Shown here: positions 46,846-57,445 of the stretch, one piece after another
Layout: each line of letters starts with the position of its first letter
Position numbering within the stretch: position 1 is the first letter of the stretch
From: Candidatus Zambryskibacteria bacterium RIFCSPHIGHO2_01_FULL_46_25
GTDB taxonomy: Bacteria > Patescibacteriota > Minisyncoccia > Phycocordibacterales > Zambryskibacteraceae
Length of the DNA stretch: 64,000 nucleotides
Assembly (NCBI GenBank): GCA_001825155.1
Contig: MHVH01000006.1
Span: 4,939-68,938, forward strand
Direction: 5' to 3'
Notes under the pieces: model-generated
Told to the model about the DNA's origin: nothing
Seen by the model: only the letters and a program-made list of their open reading frames with translations
The model's database searches: none
Made by a program: the position numbers and the translations under genes

Positions 46846-47976
46846 ATGTTCGACCTAAAAGTCATCAATTCGGTCCTAAGCGAGCTGGAAGAAGTGCGCG
46901 GTATTCCGCGCGCCTCCATTATCGATGCCATAGAAGCGGCTCTCGCTACTGCTTACAAAAAGGAGTACGGCAAGCGCGGACAGATTATCCGCACCACTTT
47001 CGATATCAATACCGGCCAGACGGAATTCTACCAAGTAAAGATTGTGGTTGACGGCACGCGGGTAATCTTTGACGAGAGCGAGGAGGTTCCGGCGGAAGAT
47101 TTGCGCGAATACTACAATCCGGAGAAGCACATTCTCATCGAGGACGCGAGGAAGATCAAGAAGGATGCTCAGCTTGATGAAGAAGTGGTCTTCCCTATCG
47201 AATCGAAGGGAGATTACGGCCGCATTGCCGCGCAGACCGCCAAGCAGGTCATCATGCAGAAAATCCGCGAGGCGGAGAAGACCTCTGTCGTCTCCGAATT
47301 CGGTGAACGAGAAGGCCAGATAGTGAACGGCACCGTGCAGAGAATCGAGCGTGGCAACATCTTCGTCGATATGGGGCGTGCGACCGGCCTCCTGCCTTAC
47401 GAGGAGCAGATTCCTGGAGAGCGCTTCTCTCAAGGTGAGCGCGTGCGCGCGTTTCTATACAGAGTGGAAGAATCTCCACGAGGCGTCTTTCTCCGTCTCT
47501 CGCGTTCTCATCCGAAGTTTCTTGAGAAGCTCTTCGAAGCGGAAGCGCCCGAACTCGCAAATGGCGCGGTTGTAATCAAGGCCATCGCCCGCGAAGCGGG
47601 GTACCGCTCTAAGATTGCCGCCGAGGCCAAGGATACTCATATTGACCCCGTTGGCTCCCTTGTCGGCCAGCGAGGCGTGCGCGTCTCGACCGTTATGTCA
47701 GAATTGCGCGGCGAGAAGATTGACATCATCGAGTGGTCCGCCGATTCGAAGAAGTTTATAGAAGAGGCTCTCTCTCCGGCCAAGGTGCTAGAGATAAAGG
47801 TCAATGAAGAAGAAAAGTCGGCTGTCGTCATGGTAGCCGAGGACCAGCAATCTCTTGCTATCGGCAAGGGCGGGCAGAACGTGCGTCTAGCGGCGAAACT
47901 TACCGGTTGGAAGATAGACATCCAGTCCGCCAAGGGAGAAGACCTTGCAACAGCGGAAGCACAGGCTAATATATAA
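46846..47976 (+). CDS. nusA: Transcription termination/antitermination factor NusA
   Basis: GRIAAQTAKQ, S1 domain, AREAGYRSK, SLAIGKGGQNVRLAAKLTGW. Confidence 0.97.
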   Translation: MFDLKVINSVLSELEEVRGIPRASIIDAIEAALATAYKKEYGKRGQIIRTTFDINTGQTEFYQVKIVVDGTRVIFDESEEVPAEDLREYYNPEKHILIEDARKIKKDAQLDEEVVFPIESKGDYGRIAAQTAKQVIMQKIREAEKTSVVSEFGEREGQIVNGTVQRIERGNIFVDMGRATGLLPYEEQIPGERFSQGERVRAFLYRVEESPRGVFLRLSRSHPKFLEKLFEAEAPELANGAVVIKAIAREAGYRSKIAAEAKDTHIDPVGSLVGQRGVRVSTVMSELRGEKIDIIEWSADSKKFIEEALSPAKVLEIKVNEEEKSAVVMVAEDQQSLAIGKGGQNVRLAAKLTGWKIDIQSAKGEDLATAEAQANI

Positions 47977-47999
47977 GCCATTAACATAATTAAATATTC

Positions 48000-50000
48000 A
48001 TGGAATCGACCATCTTGCTTTGGACTACCGTTTCGGGCCTGGTTGCGCTTATTTTCTCCGGTGTTCTGACCTTCCAGATTCTCTCCCTGCCGGACGGCAA
48101 CGAGAAGATGAATCAGATTGCCAATGCCATCAAGACCGGCGCCAACGCCTATCTCTGGAGACAATACAAGGTGGTAGCGGTGGTGGCGGTACTTGTCGCC
48201 CTCTTCCTCGGCATCTACCTTTCGTCCGTTGTGGCGGTTGGATTTATCATTGGCGCGGTAGTCTCTGCTCTTTCTGGCTACATAGGCATGGCGGTGGCGG
48301 TAAGAAGTAATGTCCGCACGGCTGAAGCGGCGAGGCATGGCATCCCGACGGCGCTTCGCACAGCCTTCAAGGCAGGGTCTATTACCGGTCTTACGGTGGC
48401 GGCGCTCGCTCTTCTCTCCGTAACCCTTTTCTATTGGACAACGGGTAATCTCGACGCCATGATAGGTCTCGCCTTCGGCTCATCTCTCATCTCCGTATTC
48501 GCCAGGCTGGGCGGAGGCATCTTTACCAAAGGGGCTGATGTTGGCGCGGACCTCGTCGGCAAGATTGAGGCGGGCATTCCGGAAGACGACCCAAGAAATC
48601 CGGCAGTTATCGCGGACAACGTGGGCGACAACGTGGGAGACACCGCCGGCATGGCCGCGGACCTCTTCGAAACCTATGTTGTCTCTGCTGTGGCAGTAAT
48701 GCTTCTCGGCTCGCTTATTCTCCCGGGTTTTGTCGGCGCGCTCATCTATCCTCTCGCTCTCGGAGCGGCGGCGCTCTTGGCATCCGTTATCGCGACATTC
48801 TTTGTCCGCGGTGGGACGGAAGATTCCATTATGAAAGTGCTTTATAGAGGACTCATCATTTCTGTTCTTCTCTCTGTCGCGGTTTTCTACCCTATCACCA
48901 GGTGGATTATGGAGGGCAATGGCCAATTCGAAATCATTAATCTCTTCTACTGCGCTCTTGTCGGCATGGGAGTGACCGCGGGCATGTTCGTTATTACCGA
49001 TTACTATACGTCGAAGAAATATAATCCCGTGCAATCCATCGCCAAGTCTTCCACCACCGGACATGGCACAAACATCATTACCGGTCTTGCCGTATCTATG
49101 CAGTCAACGGCGCTTCCGGTCATTCTCATCGTAGCGGGCATTCTCTCGGCGCATTACTTCGCCGGATTATACGGCGTGGCAGTAGCTGTCATGTCGATGC
49201 TCTCGCTTACCGCGGTGGTTGTCGCTATCGACGCTTTTGGTCCAATTACCGATAACGCTGGCGGTATCGCGGAGATGTCCGAACTGCCAAGCGAAGTGAG
49301 GAAGGTGACCGATGCGCTGGACGCTGTCGGCAATACCACAAAGGCGGTAACGAAAGGTTATGCCATCGCTTCCGCGGGGCTAGCCGCAACGGTACTCTTT
49401 GCTTCTTATACGCAGGAGCTTGGCAGGATAGGCATGGTAGACATCGCCTTCGACCTTTCTGACCCGAGAGTGCTCGTTGGTCTTCTTATCGGTGGCCTCC
49501 TTCCCTACCTCTTCGGCTCCATGGCGATGTCTGCCGTGGGCAAAGCCGGACACGCGGTGGTGGAAGAAGTGCGCCGACAATTTAAAGAAATTCCAGGTAT
49601 TATGGAAAGGACCGCCATGCCTGACTATGGCAAGGCAGTAGAGATAGTAACCGCCGCCGCGCAGAGACTCATGATCGTGCCGGCAATCCTCCCCGTGTTA
49701 GCGCCCGTTCTTGTCTGGTGGCTCTTGGGTCTAGAGGCTCTGGGCGGGCTCTTGGTGGGTGTAATTGTTACCGGTCTATTCGTAGCAATCTCCATGACCT
49801 CAGGTGGAGCAGCTTGGGACAATGCCAAGAAATATATTGAGGACGGTAATTACGGTGGCAAGGGCGGGCACGCTCACCACGCGGCTGTGACAGGCGATAC
49901 TGTAGGCGACCCGTACAAGGATACCGCCGGACCGGCTATCAACCCCATGATTAAAGTGGTAAACATCGTCGCGCTTCTAATCGTAAGCTTCTTAATCTAA
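48000..50000 (+). CDS. hppA: Membrane-bound H+-translocating pyrophosphatase, K+-independent type
   Basis: [39 protein letters not shown] (Lys at the K+-dependence position), [10 protein letters not shown]. Confidence 0.96.
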   Translation: MESTILLWTTVSGLVALIFSGVLTFQILSLPDGNEKMNQIANAIKTGANAYLWRQYKVVAVVAVLVALFLGIYLSSVVAVGFIIGAVVSALSGYIGMAVAVRSNVRTAEAARHGIPTALRTAFKAGSITGLTVAALALLSVTLFYWTTGNLDAMIGLAFGSSLISVFARLGGGIFTKGADVGADLVGKIEAGIPEDDPRNPAVIADNVGDNVGDTAGMAADLFETYVVSAVAVMLLGSLILPGFVGALIYPLALGAAALLASVIATFFVRGGTEDSIMKVLYRGLIISVLLSVAVFYPITRWIMEGNGQFEIINLFYCALVGMGVTAGMFVITDYYTSKKYNPVQSIAKSSTTGHGTNIITGLAVSMQSTALPVILIVAGILSAHYFAGLYGVAVAVMSMLSLTAVVVAIDAFGPITDNAGGIAEMSELPSEVRKVTDALDAVGNTTKAVTKGYAIASAGLAATVLFASYTQELGRIGMVDIAFDLSDPRVLVGLLIGGLLPYLFGSMAMSAVGKAGHAVVEEVRRQFKEIPGIMERTAMPDYGKAVEIVTAAAQRLMIVPAILPVLAPVLVWWLLGLEALGGLLVGVIVTGLFVAISMTSGGAAWDNAKKYIEDGNYGGKGGHAHHAAVTGDTVGDPYKDTAGPAINPMIKVVNIVALLIVSFLI

Positions 50001-50017
50001 GTGCTATAATAAAAAAT

Positions 50018-50485
50018 ATGAAACAAAAAATACTCGCTATTACCGTACTGGCAACACTGCTTCTCGCCGCCATTCCCGTATCCGCGCAAAGTGTCCAGCG
50101 TGCACAGCAGAGAAATGCTTCTTCGACCGAGAAGAGGATGGAACTTCAAAGCAATATCGCTAAGAAAAGGGCGGTCAATACGTCTCGAGTACTTACGGCG
50201 ACTGTCGAGCGTCTTGGAAACATTGCTACCCGCATTGAGTCCCGCATTGCCAAGGTGAAAGCCGCCGGTGGAGATGTGACACAGTCAGAAGCTGCCATCG
50301 CGGAGGCAAGGAATCACCTCTCGCTCGCGAAGACCTCAATATCCGCCTTCACTTCAATCGACCTTTCGACCGGGGATGTGCGCGAGAAATACGACAGAGT
50401 GAAGGCAGTCGCCGCCGAAGTTAAGACACACCTTCGCGAAGCGCACCGGAGCCTTATGAAAGCGGTTGTTTCCCTCAAAAAGTAA
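50018..50485 (+). CDS. Secreted coiled-coil protein
   Basis: Signal peptide, all-helical body. Confidence 0.7.
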   Translation: MKQKILAITVLATLLLAAIPVSAQSVQRAQQRNASSTEKRMELQSNIAKKRAVNTSRVLTATVERLGNIATRIESRIAKVKAAGGDVTQSEAAIAEARNHLSLAKTSISAFTSIDLSTGDVREKYDRVKAVAAEVKTHLREAHRSLMKAVVSLKK

Positions 50486-50491
50486 AAATAT

Positions 50492-50761
50492 ATGGACGAA
50501 AATAATCAAAACGTAGTGCAAGAGGCGGGCAGTTCGGTAGGACCGATTATTGCCGGCATCGTCATCCTCGCCGTTATTATCTTCGGTGCGCTCTATTTCA
50601 TGGGCGACCGTGAAGGCAATAGGGCTCTTCAAGATCAACTCAACACCATTGACCAGCAGAGTGAGTCGGACGCCACAGCGGATATCGAAGCGGACCTCAA
50701 CGCGACCGATGTCGAGAATGTCGACTACAACCTCGACGAAGAGAACTTCACTTCTTCTTAA
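50492..50761 (+). CDS. Small single-TM protein with acidic tail
   Basis: GPII..IVIL..II.GALYF, SD....IEADL. Confidence 0.7.
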   Translation: MDENNQNVVQEAGSSVGPIIAGIVILAVIIFGALYFMGDREGNRALQDQLNTIDQQSESDATADIEADLNATDVENVDYNLDEENFTSS

Positions 50762-50840
50762 ATTCCCCTTCTCAATCTCAATCATTGCGTGATTGGGGGC
50801 AAACCTTGATTCAAGGGAAACTTTGAGTTAATCTACCCGC

Positions 50841-51416
50841 ATGACCTATTTAATTCCTACAGTAATAGAAAAATCTCAGTTCGGCGAGAGGGCGTACGAT
50901 ATTTACTCGCGGTTGCTTCGGGAACGCATCATCTTCCTTGGTGGACCTATAGATGACGGCGTGGCGAATATCGTGATTGCCCAACTTCTATTCCTCCAGT
51001 CTGAAGACCCGAAGAAGGATATTTCTCTCTACATCAACTCCCCTGGTGGCTCGGTTACCGCCGGTCTGGCTATCATCGACACCATGAATCACATTAAGCC
51101 CGACGTTTCTACTATGTGCGTGGGTATGGCGGCATCCATGGGGGCGTGGATTCTGTCCTCCGGGAAAAAAGGAAAGAGATTTGCCCTTCCGAACGCGGAA
51201 ATAATGATTCATCAGCCTCTTGGTGCGGCCGAAGGCCAGGCTACCGAGATAGAAATTGCGGCCAAGCGTATTATTGAGAACAGGAAAGCCCTTAACCGCA
51301 TTATGTCCGAGAATACGGGCCAGCCTATAGCCAAGGTTGATAAAGATGTCGACCGCGACCTCTTCATGACCGCCGAAGCCGCCAAGAAATACGGCATCAT
51401 AGACAAAATTTTGTAG
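50841..51416 (+). CDS. clpP: ATP-dependent Clp protease proteolytic subunit
   Basis: [30 protein letters not shown]. Confidence 0.97.
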   Translation: MTYLIPTVIEKSQFGERAYDIYSRLLRERIIFLGGPIDDGVANIVIAQLLFLQSEDPKKDISLYINSPGGSVTAGLAIIDTMNHIKPDVSTMCVGMAASMGAWILSSGKKGKRFALPNAEIMIHQPLGAAEGQATEIEIAAKRIIENRKALNRIMSENTGQPIAKVDKDVDRDLFMTAEAAKKYGIIDKIL

Positions 51417-51508
51417 AAGTAGTACACTTAGGTAGTTCACTTAAATATTAATTTGAAACGTTTCTGGTGCTTTCCGCCTGACCGCTCTGACTGATTGAGC
51501 TACTGCAA

Positions 51509-53038
51509 ATGTCCCTAAAGTTAGCCCTTCTTTTAGCATTGCTTGCCGCGTCGGCCGGTATCGGCTTCGGTTATTTGCTGCGCCTCCTAATCTCTCTCGG
51601 TAGGAAGGGTTCCATGGAGCTAGACATCAAGCAGATGGAGCTCCGAAGTCGCGAGGAGGCCTCGCAAATTCTTGAAGAAGCAGAGAAGAGAGCCGAGGAT
51701 GTCCTGAAGGGCGCTCAGTCCGAGCTCAAGGAGCGGGAGAATCGTCTTAAGGCGAGCGAAGACAGAGTGGTGAAGAAGGAGGAGTTTTTGGAAAAGCGCC
51801 AAACAGACTTGGAGGAGGAAATGGAGCACGTAAAGAGCCGTGCCGCGGAAGTGAGAACACTTAAGGATAAAATTGAAAAATTAGCGACCGAGAAAATCCA
51901 AGAATTATCCAAAGTCGCTAATTTTTCTCCCATTGAGGCCAAAAGTGAGCTCATGCGAGTAATCGAGCGTGATTTCGAAGAAGATTTTTTGGTAAAAATG
52001 CGCAAGCTCGAAACGCAAAACGCCGAGGATCTCGATAAAAGGGCAAAAGAGATTCTCTCTACAGCTATTCAACGCATGGCCGTATCCATTTCAAGTGAAG
52101 TAATGGCAACATCTATTCCTCTACCATCGGATGACCTCAAGGGCAAGATTATCGGCAAGGAAGGCAGGAATATCAAAGCTTTTGAAAGAGCGACAGGAGT
52201 GGAAGTGATCGTTGACGATACGCCAAATTCCATCACTCTCTCCTCCTTCGACCCGGTGCGTCGCGCGGTGGCGAAGATGGCGCTGGAAAATCTTATTGCC
52301 GACGGCCGTATCCAGCCGGCGAAGATTGAGGAATTCGTGGCCAAGGCGGGAGAGGAAATCAATAAAATTATTAAGGAGAAGGGCGAGGAGGCGGCAGTAG
52401 AGTGCGAAGTGTTCAATCTGGACCCGAAATTGCTCGCCATTCTCGGGCGACTTCACTTCCGCACCAGCTACAGCCAAAATGTTCTCGAACATTCGGTCGA
52501 GATGGCGCATTTGGCAGGCATGATAGCCGAGGAACTCGGCGCCAATGTGGCCATAGCCAAGGCTGGAGCGCTTCTGCATGATATAGGCAAGGCCCTCGAC
52601 CATGAGGTCGCTGGCACTCACGTTGAGATTGGACGAAGAATCTTGCAGAAGTTTGGCGTATTGGAAGATATCATCAAGGCTATGCAGGCACATCACGGCG
52701 AATATCCATACGAAACCCTCGAATCCGTCATCGTCCAGACAGCCGACGCTATATCTGGTGGCCGGCCTGGTGCCAGAAGGGATAATCTGGAGCACTACCT
52801 CAAGCGTCTTGAAGACCTCGAGAACATCGCCACTTCCTTCGAGGGTGTGGAGAAGGCCTATGCTCTGCAGGCAGGCAGAGAGATAAGGGTGTTCGTCACC
52901 CCGGAGAAAGTAAGCGACCTGGAAGCCAAGAAAATGGCTAGAGATATAGCTATTAGGATCGAACAGGAGCTCAAGTATCCAGGAGAAATCAAGGTAAACG
53001 TCATAAGAGAAGCAAGGTCCATAGAGTTTGCCAGGTAG
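51509..53038 (+). CDS. rny: Ribonuclease Y
   Basis: N-terminal TM, coiled coil, KH domain KGKIIGKEGRNI, HD domain LLHDIGK. Confidence 0.96.
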   Translation: MSLKLALLLALLAASAGIGFGYLLRLLISLGRKGSMELDIKQMELRSREEASQILEEAEKRAEDVLKGAQSELKERENRLKASEDRVVKKEEFLEKRQTDLEEEMEHVKSRAAEVRTLKDKIEKLATEKIQELSKVANFSPIEAKSELMRVIERDFEEDFLVKMRKLETQNAEDLDKRAKEILSTAIQRMAVSISSEVMATSIPLPSDDLKGKIIGKEGRNIKAFERATGVEVIVDDTPNSITLSSFDPVRRAVAKMALENLIADGRIQPAKIEEFVAKAGEEINKIIKEKGEEAAVECEVFNLDPKLLAILGRLHFRTSYSQNVLEHSVEMAHLAGMIAEELGANVAIAKAGALLHDIGKALDHEVAGTHVEIGRRILQKFGVLEDIIKAMQAHHGEYPYETLESVIVQTADAISGGRPGARRDNLEHYLKRLEDLENIATSFEGVEKAYALQAGREIRVFVTPEKVSDLEAKKMARDIAIRIEQELKYPGEIKVNVIREARSIEFAR

Positions 53039-53043
53039 ATTTT

Positions 53044-53334
53044 CTACTCGGCTTCCTGCATGTATTCTGTAACAATAGTAATTACTTTCTGGACAGTTTT
53101 ATTGCAATTTTTGAACTTTACTTTATCTAGTACATTATCACCATGTTTTCTAAACGGTTCGCTAATTAAAGCATGAATAAAGGACTGTGTTGCCCCATCA
53201 ACTCCTGTAAAGTCTATAATGATTTCCTCGCCTTTATTGAGTGTCGGTAGAATTGTATTTATTCTGAAGTCACGAGCAATGTCCTTATTTTCGGCAAATT
53301 CCCCCGCTTCTTGTTTGATATTAATAGTAATCAT
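53044..53334 (-). CDS. STAS-like (DUF4325) protein
   Basis: IIIDFTGV..ATQSFIHAL; coupled to the upstream HATPase. Confidence 0.75.
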   Translation of the reverse strand: MITINIKQEAGEFAENKDIARDFRINTILPTLNKGEEIIIDFTGVDGATQSFIHALISEPFRKHGDNVLDKVKFKNCNKTVQKVITIVTEYMQEAE

Positions 53335-54290
53335 ATAAATATTGGTTTTTTGTATCTACCCTTCTTTCTTTCTCTAACTGCTCTAGTGTACACAGTTCTG
53401 ACGTGTTCCAACAGAGAAGTAAATTTTTCATGCTCATCGAGTTTCATATCGATCCCAATAGCAACCCCTTGCCAGTATGGGTAATTATTTTCTGCAGAGT
53501 GTCTATCACTGAAAGGATCTGCGTTTAGCAACTCTTTTTTATCTCGATCTTGCCTGAGTAATTTATAGAAAGCTTTTCCGCTATATATACCGAAGAAGTC
53601 TCCATTTACCGCAGCAATAGATTTAACGAAAAATAATCCTGCCCCAGCATTTTGCTCAGTGCCACCTTCGCGCGGTGTTGTGCCAGTTATTCCTGGGGTT
53701 AGGGCAAGTCTTAGAGCCTGCAAATCATCTATTGCTTTGTGCGATTTGCGTATAGTCTTTGTGATTCCGACACCGCTATCGCATATGCCAATTCTGATCG
53801 TATTGCTCTTATGATAATATTGCGCAGCAACGAATGCCCCGTTTGGTGATTCAGAATGTTCAAGCACGTTACGTACTAACTCACTCACAATATAACGAAT
53901 AGGTTCTGCATTGCTCGGCTCAAGGTGTAATAATGGGACCATGTCAGTTATGAATTCGCTAAGTGAAGAAGAATTGAGGATTTGCGTTATGGGGATAAAT
54001 CTACCACTTGGGTCATGTTCAGTGATGGATATTCCCGAACGCAATCCCAATGCCTTAAAGAGACCCATTCTTTCAAAATAATGCTTTGATTTAGCCTGAA
54101 GTACTTCAAATCCTACGTGTCCATGGGTAGATTGACCAAGAGCGGCAATCATTGTTAATACTAACGGATGTACTGATATCCATTTTTTATTTGAGGTCAC
54201 GTGTAAAATGGTTGAGTCGTTTGGGTCAAATCCCCTAAAAAAAGAATCAATATTTCCCAGGAAAGCACTATTTGGGAGATGAATTTTCAT
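53331..54290 (-). CDS. HATPase_c (anti-sigma-kinase-like) protein with N-terminal STAS-like region
   Basis: ELVRNVLEH (N box), DSGVGI (G1), NAGAGL (G2). Confidence 0.8.
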   Translation of the reverse strand: MKIHLPNSAFLGNIDSFFRGFDPNDSTILHVTSNKKWISVHPLVLTMIAALGQSTHGHVGFEVLQAKSKHYFERMGLFKALGLRSGISITEHDPSGRFIPITQILNSSSLSEFITDMVPLLHLEPSNAEPIRYIVSELVRNVLEHSESPNGAFVAAQYYHKSNTIRIGICDSGVGITKTIRKSHKAIDDLQALRLALTPGITGTTPREGGTEQNAGAGLFFVKSIAAVNGDFFGIYSGKAFYKLLRQDRDKKELLNADPFSDRHSAENNYPYWQGVAIGIDMKLDEHEKFTSLLEHVRTVYTRAVRERKKGRYKKPIFI

Positions 54291-54496
54291 AAATATGGCT
54301 TAAATCACCGGGAATTCAATCATATATCATTTCCCGGTAAATAGCAATACAACACAATCGAATACAAAGCCAATGCTCAACAATACAACTTTATTTGGCG
54401 GTGGCGACAAAAAATGGCTAGGAGTATAATTAAATCAAGTCGATCCCGCCTTGGCGGGGCAGGCGCAAAAAAGATTATCAATAATTTAGCTAGATA

Positions 54497-54769
54497 ATGA
54501 ACAAAGTAGATATCGCAAACGCAGTGCACGCCAAACTCGGTGGCACGAAAGTCCAGGCGGAAGAAGTTGTCGACATTGTTATCGAATCTATCGTCTCCAC
54601 GCTGAAGAAGGGCGGAGAAGTTTCGATCGCCGGTCTTGGCATCTTCTCCACCAAGACGCGCGCCGCCCGCCAGGCAAGGAATCCTCGCACGGGTGAAGCC
54701 ATCTCGGTGCCCTCAATGCGCGTGCCGAAGTTCCGCCCGGCGAAAGGTTTGAAGGACGCAGTGAAGTAG
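54497..54769 (+). CDS. hup: DNA-binding protein HU
   Basis: MNK.DI, GLGIFS, RQARNPRTGE, PKFRPAK.LKDAV. Confidence 0.96.
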   Translation: MNKVDIANAVHAKLGGTKVQAEEVVDIVIESIVSTLKKGGEVSIAGLGIFSTKTRAARQARNPRTGEAISVPSMRVPKFRPAKGLKDAVK

Positions 54770-54850
54770 TTTCTTTCAATAAAAAAGAATTTAGTTTCCT
54801 CATATACTAAATTCTTTTTTATTTTGCTATATACTGAAACAAATCCACCC

Positions 54851-55354
54851 ATGAATCCAGTCTATAACAAGATTATCATCACTGGAGATGCCGGGCGTGG
54901 TAAGTCTACGCTGGCAGAGAAGCTTTCCATGAAACTTGGTATCCCCTGCCATTCCACCGATGACTATTATTACGAATTCAAATTTTTCAAACCTAGAGAC
55001 AGAGAGAATGCGCTTGCGCAAATTACCAAGCTTTATCAAGAAGATAGGTGGATAGTGGAAGGTACAACCGCATGGCTGCTCAAACCGGGCATGGAAGCGG
55101 CCGACCTCATCATTCATCTACGGTACAAAAACATCTTTCATCAATGGTTTACCCTGTTTAAACGCTATTTACACAGAGAGGAAGAAACCTTGAAGGGCCT
55201 GCTTATCCTCATGCGCCATGTGTTCTATAAACGTTATGGTCTCGGCTATAAGAGGGGCAAAATGACCCATCTCGAGTTTGTCGCGCCGCACAAGAACAAG
55301 CTCATCACACTCTCTTCCTTTAATGAAATTGATGAATTCTTAAATACCCTTTAA
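54851..55354 (+). CDS. P-loop kinase, adenylate kinase/FlaR-like
   Basis: IIITGDAGRGKSTLA, WIVEG, ADLIIHL. Confidence 0.8.
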   Translation: MNPVYNKIIITGDAGRGKSTLAEKLSMKLGIPCHSTDDYYYEFKFFKPRDRENALAQITKLYQEDRWIVEGTTAWLLKPGMEAADLIIHLRYKNIFHQWFTLFKRYLHREEETLKGLLILMRHVFYKRYGLGYKRGKMTHLEFVAPHKNKLITLSSFNEIDEFLNTL

Positions 55355-55423
55355 ATATCCGGACTCTTTTATTGTAAAAATGAGCTACATTATAAAAGAA
55401 CGGTCGTCGGCTTATAATGTATG

Positions 55424-55711
55424 TTATTTTCCCAGTCTTTTCTTTGCGATTTTGTAAACTTCGCTTCGATGGCCGACGATGTGGATGAAAATCCCGTCCT
55501 TTTCGATGGAATAGATGACGCGGAAATCTCCGGCACGGAGCTTCCATAAATTCTTAAGGAAGCCGCGCATAGGCTCGCCATAAAGTTCCGGAAGTGTAAG
55601 AAGCCTTTGCTTGATTAACTTGTGTATTCGCTGACGAAGGGTGGAATCTAAACGAGGAAGGTCGTATTTTATAACCAACCGATGGAGTCTGATCTTATTT
55701 CCAGAACTCAT
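55424..55711 (-). CDS. RelE/ParE-family toxin
   Basis: GEPMRG.L..LWKLRAGDFRVIY, VGHRSEVY. Confidence 0.9.
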   Translation of the reverse strand: MSSGNKIRLHRLVIKYDLPRLDSTLRQRIHKLIKQRLLTLPELYGEPMRGFLKNLWKLRAGDFRVIYSIEKDGIFIHIVGHRSEVYKIAKKRLGK

Positions 55712-55919
55712 CTCTGTCTAAAATGTATTTACTGCCGTCATTCCTGCGCTGTTCGGCCGTATCCCCCAGTCTGAAGTCCTCTTCAAGTTCAAGTGCATCA
55801 TTAAGCAAGCGAGTTGTTATGGTCGCCTTGGGGACATTGGCTTTCTTGGCAAGGAGATTCAGGATTTTGTCCGTCTCTTTGTCAATTGTTATATTTATTC
55901 TTTTTTTCAACGTTGGCAT
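55695..55919 (-). CDS. RHH-type antitoxin
   Basis: KRINIT, ALELEED; overlaps the toxin; upstream direct repeat AGTGTATCA x2. Confidence 0.8.
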   Translation of the reverse strand: MPTLKKRINITIDKETDKILNLLAKKANVPKATITTRLLNDALELEEDFRLGDTAEQRRNDGSKYILDRDEFWK

Positions 55920-55972
55920 AGATTAAGTGTATCAAAAGTGTATCACCCATGCAAGACGTTCCAAAATGCTGT

Positions 55973-57445
55973 TTATTTCACCTTGTATTCTTCTCGGATT
56001 TTTTCGACTTCTTTCTCGTCTTCGCTCGCGTTTTTTGCTCTCGCTTCCCTGCCGACACGGGCAAGTTCTTGCGGGTCGAGGTCGTATAGTTCCTTTACTC
56101 GCGTTTCCAAATAATTTTTGTCATTCTTCTTCGGTTCGTCGAGCACTTCGGAGAGAAGTATTTCGAGAATGAAGCCTACGTGCGGACCCGGGCCCGCTTT
56201 AGTCAGCTTCATAATATCTTCGCCACCGACACTAAGCTGTTTTACGGAAATGGGATCACGCATAACCTCTTCTATCATCGAGTGGTACTTGCGCAGGCGA
56301 TACGGCGTCTCCTTGGGTCTCCCGGTGCCTATTCGATCGGCTGCCCTCATGTTCATAAGGTCCCAGACAAGGTCCGGGCCGACATTTCTCACCATTCTTC
56401 GCACCGCGGAGAGCGTAATTTGCTCCGTATCGGAGAAGAACATGTGCCAGCGCACGAGCTTGTGTGTCTTCTCGATTATTTCCTTTGAGAATTTCAAATT
56501 CTCAAGGACTTTTCGCGTAATACGCGAACCCACCACCTCGTGTCCATAGAAAGTGGGCTGACCATTCTTCACGGCCTTGGTGTGCGGCTTGGCAATGTCG
56601 TGGAAGAGCGCGGACAAACGGACGTGGAGAGGAAAATTTCTCTTCGCGGCATGGTTAAGAGAGCGAAGTAAGTGCTCCCAGACGGTGTAGGCATGCGCCT
56701 GATTCTGTTCCACTCCTATCCCCTTCTCGAATTCTTCCGAAATATATTTGAGTATGCTGAGCCGCGCGCACATCTCGAGTGCTATGCCCGGCTCGGGAGA
56801 CATAATAATTTTTGCGAACTCGTCTCTTATTCTTTCTTTCGAAATTTTCTCAAGCAGGTGCGTGCATTTGCTTATCGCTTCCAGCGTTTCGTGTTCTACG
56901 GCGAAACCGAGCTCTGCCGAGAGGCGTAGCGCGCGGAAAATGCGCAAAGCGTCTTCGCCGAAGCGTTCCTCCGGCTTCCCCACCGTGCGAATAATCTTTT
57001 TCTCAATATCTTTCTGCCCGCCGAATGGATCAATAGGATTTAGGATTTGAGATTTAGGATTTATGTCCAGAGCAATTGCATTCATAGTAAAATCTCTTCT
57101 CGCCAGGTCGTCTTCGAGCTTGTTCGCCCACTCTATTTTGTCTGGATGGCGTGCGTCGGAATATTCTGACTCGAGTCTGTACGGAGTGACTTCAACAATG
57201 CCAGTCGTCTCAGTCTTCACTCCCACTGTGCCGAAATCGTTTTCGTAGAAAGAATCCGGGAAAAGTTCAATGATCTTTTCCGGCGTGGCAATAGTGGTGA
57301 TGTCCCAATCTTTCGGTGTGCGGCCCATAATCAAATCGCGCACGCATCCGCCAACGAGAAAATTCTCGAATCCGGCATCGCTCAAGACGCGCGAGATTTC
57401 TCTCACATCTTTTGGAATTTCAAATTTAGATTTAATGGATGCCAT
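55973..57445 (-). CDS. cca: CCA-adding tRNA nucleotidyltransferase (with HD domain)
   Basis: VGGCVRD, DWDITT, DLARRDFTMNA, EDALR..RA.R, ERIRDE, FHDIAKP. Confidence 0.94.
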   Translation of the reverse strand: MASIKSKFEIPKDVREISRVLSDAGFENFLVGGCVRDLIMGRTPKDWDITTIATPEKIIELFPDSFYENDFGTVGVKTETTGIVEVTPYRLESEYSDARHPDKIEWANKLEDDLARRDFTMNAIALDINPKSQILNPIDPFGGQKDIEKKIIRTVGKPEERFGEDALRIFRALRLSAELGFAVEHETLEAISKCTHLLEKISKERIRDEFAKIIMSPEPGIALEMCARLSILKYISEEFEKGIGVEQNQAHAYTVWEHLLRSLNHAAKRNFPLHVRLSALFHDIAKPHTKAVKNGQPTFYGHEVVGSRITRKVLENLKFSKEIIEKTHKLVRWHMFFSDTEQITLSAVRRMVRNVGPDLVWDLMNMRAADRIGTGRPKETPYRLRKYHSMIEEVMRDPISVKQLSVGGEDIMKLTKAGPGPHVGFILEILLSEVLDEPKKNDKNYLETRVKELYDLDPQELARVGREARAKNASEDEKEVEKIREEYKVK

